A stretch of DNA of 64,000 nt, taken from positions 96,001 through 160,000 of the forward strand of contig CAVUWV010000001.1 in the NCBI GenBank assembly GCA_963745075.1, written 5' to 3'. Shown piece after piece: positions 11,088-21,800 of the stretch (position 1 is the first letter of the stretch; every line of letters begins with the position of its first letter). The notes beneath the pieces are model-generated. The model saw nothing but the letters and a program-made list of their open reading frames with translations. It was not told the DNA's origin and searched no databases. The stretch is from Candidatus Hydrogenedentota bacterium. GTDB lineage: Bacteria > Hydrogenedentota > Hydrogenedentia > Hydrogenedentales > SLHB01. The position numbers and the translations under genes were made by a program.

Positions 11088-12038
11088 ATGAGACTGTGCC
11101 GGTTTGAACGAGACGGAGAAGATTACGCAGGATTCTATTTCGACGATAAAGTCGTGCCCGTCGATACGGCCGTGAGCGCCTGCGAACAAGGTACGCATAC
11201 GCGGCACGATCTCCCGGGCGGGTCGAGTCTGCTTGCCATGCTGGCATGTGGCGCACATCATGCCGCGGCCAGGGCCGTCGGGGATTGGTTGACCAAGAAC
11301 CTGGATGGTGTAGAAGCGCTCGACGTTTCCCAAGTCCGTCTGCTGGCGCCGTTTCCCGAACCGCGCAAATTGTTCCTCCTCGCGGGAAACTATGCGGCCC
11401 ACATCGAAGAGGGCGGTGGCCACGCCGTCGAGCGTGCGCGAACCTTCCCATACGTGTTCATGAAGCCCGTTACCACCATCAACCACCCGAACGCACCGGT
11501 ACCAATTCCCATCGTTTCACCCGACCATATCGACTGGGAAGCCGAACTGGGCGTCGTCATCGGCAAGACGGCGAAACACGTCAAGGAGGCCGACGCGTTG
11601 AGCTACGTAGCCGGCTATACCGTCATCAACGACGTTTCCGATCGTCAATACCAGCCCAACCCGGGGCGTGAGAAGCGTCCGAAGGATGAGTTCTTTGACT
11701 GGCTCCACGGCAAATGGCACGACGGCTTTTGTCCCATGGGTCCCTGCGCCATCACGGCCGACGCTGTCGCCGACCCGCAGGATCTGCACATCACGCTCAA
11801 GGTGAATGGCGAAACCAAGCAGGATGCTTCGACCGCGTTGCAGATCTACCCCGTCGCGGCAGTGATCGAGTTCATTTCCCAATCCGTTACCCTGGAACCG
11901 GGCGACATCATCTCCACGGGCACTCCGTCAGGCGTGGGCGCGGCGTCGGGAACCTTTCTCCATCCCGGCGACGAAGTCGAGGCGGCTATCGACGGCATCG
12001 GTGTGTTGAAGAACCACATGGTTGCGGAGTCCCTCTGA
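11088..12038 (+). CDS. Fumarylacetoacetate hydrolase family protein
   Basis: Start MRLCRF with RBS GGAGG. Motifs GNYAAH, VFMKP, DWEAELGVVIG, GYTVINDVSDR, GKWHDGFCPMGP, LEPGDIISTGTPSGVG. Confidence 0.92.
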   Translation: MRLCRFERDGEDYAGFYFDDKVVPVDTAVSACEQGTHTRHDLPGGSSLLAMLACGAHHAAARAVGDWLTKNLDGVEALDVSQVRLLAPFPEPRKLFLLAGNYAAHIEEGGGHAVERARTFPYVFMKPVTTINHPNAPVPIPIVSPDHIDWEAELGVVIGKTAKHVKEADALSYVAGYTVINDVSDRQYQPNPGREKRPKDEFFDWLHGKWHDGFCPMGPCAITADAVADPQDLHITLKVNGETKQDASTALQIYPVAAVIEFISQSVTLEPGDIISTGTPSGVGAASGTFLHPGDEVEAAIDGIGVLKNHMVAESL

Positions 12039-12072
12039 GCAATTTTGGACTAAGACGACATTGTCTTTGGCA

Positions 12073-12242
12073 GAAGAACATCCCCCTTGATCCCCCTTCA
12101 AAGGGGGGAGAAGAGGCAACGCTTTGCGTTGCGTTCTTGCTCTGGAGGTTGGCTAGGTTCAGAGTCAGGCGCGGCCCATATATCGATAAACGTAGTTGAG
12201 CAAAACTCCCCCTTTGAAGGGGGATCAAGGGGGATGTTCTTC
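12073..12242. repeat. Palindromic MITE/REP-like element, copy 2
   Basis: Inverted arms GAAGAACATCCCCCTTGATCCCCCTTCAAAGGGGG (12073-12109) and 12206-12242, between convergent genes. Confidence 0.85.
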
Positions 12243-12283
12243 CGGGCAGATACGCTGATTCTTCGTTTTGCCCCATACATTTT

Positions 12284-15200
12284 TCACTTCAATTCGATTC
12301 TTCGCCACGCGGGTAAGTCGAACCCCGTCGCGCCGGGCGTCACGGGGAATCGCTTGATCGCTATCGAGTCTTTCATTGTCGACGCAACCGGCAACCCGGT
12401 CCAGGAATCGCCACTTTTCACGCGGACGTACTCGGTGCCATCCCGGTCGTGCTCAGGCCAGTCGGTGGGTCGTGGCGCCGACGTCACGATGCGTTCATCG
12501 GTGGCCTCGGCGATCATACCGGTCCAATGGGCCGCTGCGTCGTCGAATCCCTTCCCGCTCGTTCGAAGTTTCGACGCGCCGAGAGCCCAGAGCCATGCAT
12601 CCCCTTCGCCGTGGAAGACGATGCCCAGGTCGCCCTGGAATGACACGTCTGCGATCGTCTCGGCCCTATCGAAGGCGTTCAGAATCAAATAGGAGCCCCA
12701 TGCCGTATCCACACGCAGCGCGACGGCGTTGGGCCCCGCGTCGGCAGGCACATCGATCCGTTCCGCCTGACGTACGCGGACACCATTCGGGCCATCCATG
12801 GGTTCATGCACGGCAACAAACGTGCTTGACAGGTCGTCGGCTTCGCGGATCGCGTCTACGTATCGCACGCGCCGCCCCGCGTCGTCGCGGGTCTCCTGGC
12901 CGGGTCCGTTCGAGGCCTCCACCCGCGACACCGGCGACAACATCCACAACCGGTACCCGTGATTCGCATCGTGCCACATCGTTTGCCACGTTGCCGGCGG
13001 GTCGTCGACCGCTCGGACATCACGCAACCCGAAGATGTCTTCCCGTGTCAGGCTCGACCCAACGTCTGGCAGTGGCGGTTCGGGCGGCATGTTGATGCCC
13101 GTGAATGCGAGACCGTTTTCCGCCGTGTCGCTGGCCGCGACTTCGCTGAAGACGCGGAAGTCGTGTTTCTTGCCCCCGGTCACGCGAAAAATATCCACCA
13201 GGACGTTCTTCCCTTCCGGTCCTTTGAGCAGCAAGATCATCCGGCGGTAGTCGGAACACTGCGCATAGGCGGTGGACGACGCCTCCACCACCGATACTTC
13301 GTCACTCGTCGCCATCGAATGAAACGTCGGCACGCGGTCGCCCATATCCTGATTGGCGTCGTCAACGATGACGAGATTGTGGCTGAAGGCATTGTGGATC
13401 CAGTTGTTCAGCGGCATATCGCCGACGTAACCCTGATCGCCGAGATAGGTCGCATCGTTGCTCGCGTAATAGAGCGACAGGTTATCGTTGTGACGATGCC
13501 CGCCCGGCGGCGCAAACGTCAGCGCCGCGACCGTCGCCGCATCACCGTCTCCATGACGGAGAATCGCCGTCATCCAGGCGGGGAAATAGATCTCCGGCGG
13601 CGCAAAGTCTTGTTCGCGATTCAACGCATCTTCCGAGAGATGGATGAGCCCGTAATCCGTGGGACGTGCATCGCCGCGCAGCGCATGTAGGATCCCCGCA
13701 TACCGCTCGGGATAATACTTTGTCCCAACTTCCAGGATGTACGGACTCGGATACGTTTGCACCCGCGTATCGCTCACGGGCAAGTACGAACCCGAGGGAT
13801 GCAGTTGATCGATGACGGCTCCCAACATGAGCCCCAGCCGTTCATCGGTGTGAAAGTAGTCCACAACCCCGCTGCGGCCTTCAAACCCTTCCGGCCAGCG
13901 GAATCCATCCAACGTCGTTGGGATGGCGATGAGCTGCGACAAGTACATGTTCGTATACGCGGGGCTTTCCTTGCTGAACCCGTCGTACAGGAAGGACTCG
14001 TCGCGCACGCGCTCGTACCCGCGCAACGCCACGTCCGCATATTGGGGAAGCCCAATACATTTACCGACCGCCGCGAACGCGTTGTACAAGCGCGGGGACT
14101 TGTTGTTGGCACTCTCCGCCTTCCCCGCACCGCCTACGTAATGTTCCGCGCCCATGACGTATTCGAGAAAGAAATCCCGTTCGACGTGCGCCCGGGTCTC
14201 GTTCGTCCAGAGCGGCTTCCCGTTCTCATCCCGCGCGTCGTGGAGCAGGTCGTAGGCGAGCGCTGCATCCGGCAGCCCCGAGATCGAATCCGTGCTCGAG
14301 TGGATGCGCCCTGCGCCCCAATAGTTTTGTTCCATGCGCGCCTTCTCGACGGTATCCTTCGCGTACACGTCCGCGCAGAGATGCCGTTTCCACTCCAGCG
14401 GAAGGTTCATGTCGTGCCACGCGGCGTACAGGGGATCGCAGTCCGCGATGGCGTCCCAGTAGTCGTGATACAACCAGTTCCGGTAGCAATCCGCGAACCG
14501 ATCCAGGATTGCGATCCCCATCCTCGCGTAGCGCGGGTCATCCGTAACCCAATACGCAAAGGCAAGCGTGGTCACGGCCCGGCGCATGTATGTGATCTTG
14601 TTGGCGCGGATGACTCCGGAGAAGCTCACATGAATCGGGTGGCCGACCCAGTGCCAAGCCAGCTTGCCGCTGCGGTCGTTCGGGTTGGCACGCTCTTCAT
14701 CATTCAAATAGAAGGTAAACGTCTGACCCATACGCGGCGCCTGCAATACGGCCGTCTCGGGATACTTCGGATCGGGGTAGACTTGGCCGCACGCCTTGCA
14801 TTGAATTTGGTCGGGCTTTTCGCTCGACCAAGCGTACAACGAACTTCCCACCCCTTCCTGAGACTTTACGCCCACGCAGTTGGGGCAGGTGAATCCATAG
14901 GTATTGGTCGGGCTCAGCGCCGGAACCATGTCCTCGATGTAGCCGTCGGGCTTGGCGATCAATTCGTCAGCCTCGGCTTTGATGCTGCGAAACCAGTCCG
15001 CGCCCCAATCCGTCGATTCCATGCGGTGCCGCACGGTATTCAGGGCGTCCGCATCCACCATCACGGGATGGGTCTGTGGCACCCGCCCGGCAAGCATCGC
15101 GTCTTTGCGCGCTTCCATCTCTGCGCGAAACTCCGCCTCGGCCGGCGCGATTCCTGCTTGCTGCCACGGCATAAGGCCGTCACCGCGGGTCACGGCTTGC

Positions 15201-15301
15201 ACGAAAGCCGCCTTCCGGTCAGCTTCAGATGGCTGCTGGGAAAAGGCCGCCAGCGTCAACGCCAACAGCATTCCCACGACGATGGACAACGGAACTCGCA
15301 C
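12284..15301 (-). CDS. Heparinase II/III family polysaccharide lyase-like protein, secreted, with CxxC...CxxC insert
   Basis: Probable GTG start at 15301 (ORF extends to 15334) and signal peptide. Motifs DGFSKESPAY, GHRHNDNLSL, SHNLVIVDD, YRRMILL, VDIFRVTGG. CPNC...CKAC in the N-terminal part. Confidence 0.8.
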   Translation of the reverse strand: MRVPLSIVVGMLLALTLAAFSQQPSEADRKAAFVQAVTRGDGLMPWQQAGIAPAEAEFRAEMEARKDAMLAGRVPQTHPVMVDADALNTVRHRMESTDWGADWFRSIKAEADELIAKPDGYIEDMVPALSPTNTYGFTCPNCVGVKSQEGVGSSLYAWSSEKPDQIQCKACGQVYPDPKYPETAVLQAPRMGQTFTFYLNDEERANPNDRSGKLAWHWVGHPIHVSFSGVIRANKITYMRRAVTTLAFAYWVTDDPRYARMGIAILDRFADCYRNWLYHDYWDAIADCDPLYAAWHDMNLPLEWKRHLCADVYAKDTVEKARMEQNYWGAGRIHSSTDSISGLPDAALAYDLLHDARDENGKPLWTNETRAHVERDFFLEYVMGAEHYVGGAGKAESANNKSPRLYNAFAAVGKCIGLPQYADVALRGYERVRDESFLYDGFSKESPAYTNMYLSQLIAIPTTLDGFRWPEGFEGRSGVVDYFHTDERLGLMLGAVIDQLHPSGSYLPVSDTRVQTYPSPYILEVGTKYYPERYAGILHALRGDARPTDYGLIHLSEDALNREQDFAPPEIYFPAWMTAILRHGDGDAATVAALTFAPPGGHRHNDNLSLYYASNDATYLGDQGYVGDMPLNNWIHNAFSHNLVIVDDANQDMGDRVPTFHSMATSDEVSVVEASSTAYAQCSDYRRMILLLKGPEGKNVLVDIFRVTGGKKHDFRVFSEVAASDTAENGLAFTGINMPPEPPLPDVGSSLTREDIFGLRDVRAVDDPPATWQTMWHDANHGYRLWMLSPVSRVEASNGPGQETRDDAGRRVRYVDAIREADDLSSTFVAVHEPMDGPNGVRVRQAERIDVPADAGPNAVALRVDTAWGSYLILNAFDRAETIADVSFQGDLGIVFHGEGDAWLWALGASKLRTSGKGFDDAAAHWTGMIAEATDERIVTSAPRPTDWPEHDRDGTEYVRVKSGDSWTGLPVASTMKDSIAIKRFPVTPGATGFDLPAWRRIELK

Positions 15302-15441
15302 GCGTTCCCCCTTTCCTGTTACTCTCGCGATCAAACGATTGTATTCGGGACAAACCGTATGGAGTGCCCCAGTGTATCACGTTCCCGCGTTCTGGACGAC
15401 GCCGGGGCTCCAGTGTGAATGAACGAAGGAGTGTTTCAAAA

Positions 15442-18285
15442 ATGGCCGCGTTTCGATCGAGTGTTTGCCTGTTGGTGGGACTTTCGATTTGTCTTTTGGC
15501 AGCATCGCTTGCCGAGGCTCAGGACTCAGTGTTCGAACGCGTTTTCGGTACGTCACGTGTGCTTGACGCCGGGCGCGTGGCCGCGGTCAATGCCTTGAAG
15601 CCCGGAGAACGACTGACGGTTGACACGAACAACGACGGTACACCCGATGAACTCTGGTACCTCGATACGGCCAAACGGCACACGAAGGGCCCGCTGCTCG
15701 TCCGCGTCGTGGACGAAGACGGCGATCTCGCGGAAACCGGACGCGGCGACCGCGACAGCGATTGCTATTTCTGGGATTGGGGCGCGGACGGTACCATCGA
15801 TGTCGTGACCGATTACCAGGACGACGACGGCGACAATGACGTCGACGAGATGGGCATATTTTACGACAAGAATTGGAAGGACGAGCTCGACGATATCACG
15901 GTCTGGTGGGGTATCGACGTGGGGGACGACAATCTCCTCTGGTACGACGTGGACGGTACCTACTACCAGGATCGCTGCCAGTACCGGACGCACTTCAGCG
16001 GCGACGAGATGTTTTACCAATACCGGCTGGCCGCCGGGTGGGACGCGTGGTTGAACGTTTTCGAGGATCCCTTTGCCTTTTACGATCCGGATGGCGACCA
16101 GTGCAGCGAAGTGGTGGTGCGAGTCTGCGCGAAAGGCCACGACGTGGAGAACCTGCGCTACAGCATCGACGCCGACGGCGACGCGTTCGGCACACGAACG
16201 CACAATTACGAGTTCTCCGTTACCGCCATCCCCGGCGATACGCCCATGACCACCGACGGCGCGGACCTCGCGCCGGCGACCGTGCGCGGCATTCCGACGC
16301 ATCCGGTTCTATCCTGGGAGAAAACAAAGGCTTTTGCGAAGAACGCCCCGTGGGGCAAAGCCATGCTGACGTGGGACGAGTTGAACGCCAACACCGACGA
16401 AAACATCGATCGGGATTCCCACGAGCGGTGGGAAGGGGTCCTGAATCATAAGTCCAAGCGCGGCGACTTTCCTCAAGTGGGCGGTCCGCCGGCCAGCGCG
16501 TTCAACAAGCGCGTCGAAATGGCGGAACATCCCGCGTCGCCGTTGCGCGTGTATTTTGACACCGCCGACAAACGACTGCATCTGCTCGGCGCGGCCTACG
16601 GCTACATCGACGTTGATTACAACCTGGACGGCGTCGCCGATGCAGCCTACGAGTATGAAGACCAGAACGGCGACGGCGTGCTGGACCGCCGCCGGATCGA
16701 CACCGACGGTGACGGCACCTTCGAGCTCGATTGGCCCATGAACGGAAACTCACGCGAGATTGATCTCGAATATGAACCCGTTTCCGAACTGTACAATCCG
16801 ACTTTGGATGCTGTGCTTGAGTCGAGCCAGCGATTCATCGACGCGGCCAAAGACGCCTTGGGTGAATCCGACGAGCGTGCGGCGGCGATCGAGTCGTTCT
16901 TCCTCAATGAACTTCCCGATTGGCACCGCGAGCGCGAGGTCGGTCTCGGCGTACGAACCACGCCCGGCGGCGCGCGGTACTATCTCGACCTCGTCCGCGA
17001 TCGGCTCTTCGCTGCCCTTAAGGAACGATACCGGAATTCGGAGAGATGGCAGCCCTTTGAAAGCGCATATGCGTCTGGCGATATCGACGGGGCGACGAAG
17101 AGTTTGCGTAACGCGATTGCGGTACCCAATTCCCCCGTTGATCCTACGAGTTATGCGGATTTCACCAAACGCATCCCGATCGTCATCGACAACGCCGGCC
17201 AATCCGAGCGGCAGCGGTCGCCCATTGTTCTGTCCGTAGCGGAGATCAAGAAGACGGCGCCGGATTTCAATCCCAAGAATTGCGCGGTAGTCGCGCCGAA
17301 CCGTTGGCTGGACTGGTTTGAACTGCCGCACCAAGTGGATGAACTCGACCCGGACGCAGGTGAGGAGTTGTCCTTCGTCACCGATCTCTCAGCGGACGCG
17401 GCATCGACGTTTTACCTCTATTACACGCCGGACGGTGAGCGCGACGAGTCGTTCCCGCGGCTGACGGGGGCCGTGCTCGATACACCGGCCTACGTGGCCT
17501 GGGAATCCGACGCCGGCGCCTACCGCTTTTACACGGGCCAGTTCGACTTCTTCGGCAAACAACCGGATCGCGGTCTGCCACGCGAAGAGCGGCTGCTCTA
17601 CCCGATCGTCGAAGTCAACTACCACCAGCAGCAGGAGTGGGGGATGGACGCCCTCCACGTGGATTATTCTTCGGGTCTCGGTGGCTTGACGATGTACCTC
17701 GACGGAAAGGATTACCTTATCCAGAGCCCGGCGGGCGAGGGCGACGTAGTCTTCAACCACCGCGTGCTTGTTCAGGGTCCGGTCCGGGCCGCGGTCGAAA
17801 TCAACGCTACAAACATCGTACCCGGCAACCCCGACATCACCGCGCGACTCGTTTGCCTGATCTATGCGGGCCACCAGGAGAGCGAAGTCCGGTGCCACGT
17901 TCAGGGCGTGGACGCGCCCATCGAAATCGCGGCGGGGCTGCTGAAGTTGGATGACGAATCGTGGTTCGCCGACCAGACCGCCGGTTACCTCGCGAGCACC
18001 GGATTCCAGGAGGAAGGGATCGGCGAGATTGCGCTCGCCGTCATCGTTCCGAACGCGCAACTGAACGAGGTTGTCGATCTCGAACCCGAGCGCCGGCTGC
18101 GTTGCGCCGCCCCGGAACACATGTTGCGCTATTGGATTATCGGCGATTGGCGTCGTGGCCGTCAGTACCCCGTGTCGCCGACCATCGACAACTGGCGCTA
18201 TGAAGTGGACACGCTGGCGCGAATCGTGACAAGAGATCCCGGCATCTCGCTTGGCAACGTCGAGGCAGTCGCAGCCAGGATCTGA
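15442..18285 (+). CDS. Secreted protein with multiple DxDxDG Ca-binding-like loops and C-terminal DUF4861-like domain
   Basis: ATG 15442 after AAGGAG, signal peptide ...AEA|Q. Many DxDGDG/DxNNDG motifs. C-terminal AWESD..AYRFY...DFFGK...YH...WGMDALHV..SSGLGG matches my recollection of DUF4861. Confidence 0.7.
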   Translation: MAAFRSSVCLLVGLSICLLAASLAEAQDSVFERVFGTSRVLDAGRVAAVNALKPGERLTVDTNNDGTPDELWYLDTAKRHTKGPLLVRVVDEDGDLAETGRGDRDSDCYFWDWGADGTIDVVTDYQDDDGDNDVDEMGIFYDKNWKDELDDITVWWGIDVGDDNLLWYDVDGTYYQDRCQYRTHFSGDEMFYQYRLAAGWDAWLNVFEDPFAFYDPDGDQCSEVVVRVCAKGHDVENLRYSIDADGDAFGTRTHNYEFSVTAIPGDTPMTTDGADLAPATVRGIPTHPVLSWEKTKAFAKNAPWGKAMLTWDELNANTDENIDRDSHERWEGVLNHKSKRGDFPQVGGPPASAFNKRVEMAEHPASPLRVYFDTADKRLHLLGAAYGYIDVDYNLDGVADAAYEYEDQNGDGVLDRRRIDTDGDGTFELDWPMNGNSREIDLEYEPVSELYNPTLDAVLESSQRFIDAAKDALGESDERAAAIESFFLNELPDWHREREVGLGVRTTPGGARYYLDLVRDRLFAALKERYRNSERWQPFESAYASGDIDGATKSLRNAIAVPNSPVDPTSYADFTKRIPIVIDNAGQSERQRSPIVLSVAEIKKTAPDFNPKNCAVVAPNRWLDWFELPHQVDELDPDAGEELSFVTDLSADAASTFYLYYTPDGERDESFPRLTGAVLDTPAYVAWESDAGAYRFYTGQFDFFGKQPDRGLPREERLLYPIVEVNYHQQQEWGMDALHVDYSSGLGGLTMYLDGKDYLIQSPAGEGDVVFNHRVLVQGPVRAAVEINATNIVPGNPDITARLVCLIYAGHQESEVRCHVQGVDAPIEIAAGLLKLDDESWFADQTAGYLASTGFQEEGIGEIALAVIVPNAQLNEVVDLEPERRLRCAAPEHMLRYWIIGDWRRGRQYPVSPTIDNWRYEVDTLARIVTRDPGISLGNVEAVAARI

Positions 18286-18292
18286 CTGGCGG

Positions 18293-18575
18293 AAGACCAC
18301 AGCCGGGGGCGGCTGTGCCACACGTCCAACTCCACCGACCGTGGCTGTGCCACACGTCCAACTCCACCGACCGTGGCTGTGCCACACGTCCAACTCCACC
18401 GACCGTGGCTGTGCCACACGTCTAACTCCACTGACCGTGGCTGTGCCACACGTCCAACTCCACCGACCGTGGCTTTGTCATTCTTGACAGCGTAATCGTC
18501 CAGACCGGCGGCCGACATACCAGAAACGACTGCGAGGCAAGCGAGTGTGGCACAGCCGCCCCCGGCTGTGGTCTT
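18293..18575. repeat. REP doublet enclosing five tandem 32-bp repeats
   Basis: 31-bp perfect inverted pair AAGACCACAGCCGGGGGCGGCTGTGCCACAC (18293-18323) and 18545-18575. Unit GGCTGTGCCACACGTCCAACTCCACCGACCGT x5 at 18311-18470; the 4th copy has two C>T changes. Confidence 0.92.
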
Positions 18576-18835
18576 TCGCTTCGCCTGCCGTTTTTCGGGT
18601 GATTCGTGTGTTTTTGGCCGATAGACGCAGCACTTTCCGCAGTGAGCGCACTTCTTGCGATGTCCGACTTGCTCGCTTGGTGTGGGTCCGGCTTCAACCC
18701 AGCCGAACATTTACCGCACAAAAAGGGTCTCAAAGTAAACAAGAGGCGCTTGTAATCGTTCATTATATGCTGGAACTTCCTCTCAGGGCGGGGAATGTAC
18801 TGTCTCGTTATTGAAACTCCGGGGAGAGATCGATC

Positions 18836-21800
18836 ATGGCTAGGAACATTGCATTCGCGTTGTTGGCGTCCCTTTGGCTGGGGCACGCGGCACTGGCCGC
18901 GGACCTGGAGTTTCTGGAACGCTTCGCATTAGCGGACGACCGGGCCGAGGTCCTACAAGAACTCATTCCCGGCACCGAAGACTACTACTACTTTCACTGC
19001 CTCTACTTCCAAGAGAAGGCACAGTTCGATGAAGTAGACAAGCTGCTCACGACCTGGGTCGAACGGCAAGGCCAGACCCCCGGCGTTCAGGAAATCCGCA
19101 ACCGACAAGCACTTCTCCTGTACTCCTCAGACCCCGAGCGAACGCTCGACTACCTGAAAACGACGTTGAATCTTGATTTCAATCAGCAGCGTCAGTTACC
19201 CGGCGAGGCGCCCGATTTGCCGTCGCGCCTTGATCCCAAACTCATCAGCCGCGCCACGTTGCTACAACGCGCGCTCGACAACGCGCAGTACAACGATACC
19301 GTAGACGGCTTCACCCGTCACGCTTACGACTGGCTGCTGGGCGTGGATCTGAATGAATCCCGGTTGCGCAGCCTGTTGCAGTCCCTCGACCTCCCGGATT
19401 ATCCCAACCTCCCCGCCTTGGTCGCGAAGGATCTCAAGGCCCGTCACAGTGGCGGTTTCGGTTCCCTTCCCATTCACACGAAGATGGTACGCGAGCAACT
19501 CGACGAGCTTTTGGTGCTGATGCCGGAACTCTTGAATAATGACGTATTCATTCAGACCTATTTGCGACGGCTCCAGCCCGGCGCCGATGAACCCAACTGG
19601 CGGGTTCGTCCCCAAGAACGGGAAGCCTATCTGGAGCGCTTGGCCGCGTTTACCGACCGATTGGCCCCGGCGCAGAATTCACTGAAGGCCCTGGTCCTTT
19701 CTCATCGCTTGCAACATGACATGTCGCAAGGGGTCTACGATAAGGAGCGGTTCATCGAATACCTTCGTTTGCCGCGCCAGACCGATTATGTGAATCCCGC
19801 CTACCTGAGATCCCTCAACAACGTGCACTTCGTTCAGGATCTTCCCGGTGACATTCTCGCGGCAACGGCGCTCGATTCGGTGGGCGCAGACGAGGCTTTG
19901 GTACGCCAGTATTTGATGCACTTCTTCGAGTCCGGCACGGGCTACGACGACTTCACGACCTACATTCGCGAAGGCTACCTGAAGCGGCTCTTCGCAGAAA
20001 CCAAGCTGCTGCAAGGCGCGGGCGACCTCGATCAATGGTATTCCTGGCTCGACCCGGCCACCGTCGATGCGCTCAAGAAACGGGTCAACGTCGAGTTCGT
20101 GCCCGAAAACCGGACACGCTTCGCACCCGACGACGCCGTCAGCCTGGAACTGTGGATCAAGAATGTTGACCGTTTGTTGGTCAACGTGTACGAGATCGAC
20201 GCCAAGAACTATTACCAGCAATTCAACCGCGAGGTGAACACCGACATCGATTTGGACGGCCTCGTCCCGAACCATGAGGAGGTCTACACCTATTCCGAAG
20301 CGCCGCTACACCGGGTAAAGCGCCAATTCGAATTTCCCGAGTTGACGGGCCGCGGAGTATGGGTTATCGAATTCGTCGGTAACGGCCGAAGCAGCCGGGC
20401 GGTCGTCGAGAAGGGACGGTTGCAATACCTGAGCCGCACCGGACCCGCCGGGCAACTGATCGCCGTATTCGACGAAACCGGCCGGCAATTGCCCGACGCG
20501 TCGGTGTGGTTCTCCGGACACCTTTATACCGCAAACGATGACGGCGAGATTCCCTTGCCGTTCTCGACCGCCCCGGACCGAAAGCCGTTCGTGTTGTGCG
20601 ACGGCGATTTCGCCACGCTGGACACGTTTCAACACGAAACCGAGGAATACCGGCTTGCCGCCGGATTCCACGTCGACAGCGAATCCCTGCGGCCGGGACG
20701 AATGGCCGACGTGGCCGTTCGTCCGCTTCTGTATCTGAATGGGACGCCGATCCCGGTGAGTCTGATCAAAGATCCTGTGCTGACCCTCTATTCCATGACC
20801 GGAGACGGGATCACGAGCACGCAGCAGGTTCGGGACTTCCCCCTTCACGGCGGTGAGTTATCCATTCACTCCTTCCGGGTTCCTGAAAACCTCGCCGAAA
20901 TTCGATTCACGTTGACCGGCATCGTTGATCGGTTTACCGACCCGGAACCGCTCAACGTCGTCGCGCAACAAACGTTCCCCGTGAACGGCATCAACAAGAC
21001 CGAGCAGACCGCCGCGCTATTCCTGTCCCGCGTTGGTGGCGAATACATACTCGAAGCGCGCGACAAGACCGGGTTGCCCCTTCCCGGCCACGTCGTATAT
21101 CTGCGCATGAACCACATCGACTTCACCGACCCCGTGGACGCGAATCTCATTACCGACGCGGACGGTCGCATTATCCTGGGCGCCCTACCGGACATTGAGC
21201 GACTCGCTGCGACCGGCCAAGACATGAACAAACAGGACTGGGATCTGAGACAACCCGAGTTCAACTATCCCCGTGTGTTACAGGGCGATGTCGGGGATGC
21301 GTTGCTGGTCCCCTTCAACGCAGGGTCGACGAAATCTGAACACAATCAGGCGACGCTACTCGAAATCCGTGATGGCGAGTACACGGGCGATCGGACCGAT
21401 GCGTTGACCTTCACAAACGGGTACGTCGTCGCGTCGGGACTCCCCGGCGGCGATTACCTGTTGCATCTCAAACCCGCCGATCGACGCATCCACGTTCGTC
21501 TCACGGAAGGGGTCGACGGATCGTATTTTGTGGCGTCTGAGGAGCGTGCCTTGGAGATCGACCAGCCCACGCCCCTCCAGATTCAACTCCTGGAACCGGA
21601 TGACGAAAACGTCCGCCTTCGCATTGCGAATGTCAACGACCTGACCCGCGTCCACGTGGTGGCTTCGTGTTACCAACCGGACGTTCCCTTGTTTGACTCG
21701 TTGAACGTGACACAACCTTTCGCCCCCGACGCCAGAGCGGTGAATACCGGCTATGCCCTGTACCAATCGGGGCGCGATATCGGGGACGAACATCGCTACA

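Noticed and set aside
18311..18470. Possible CRISPR array (32-bp periodicity)
   Set aside because: Units are head-to-tail with no unique spacers and there are no cas genes; it is a tandem repeat derived from a REP arm.
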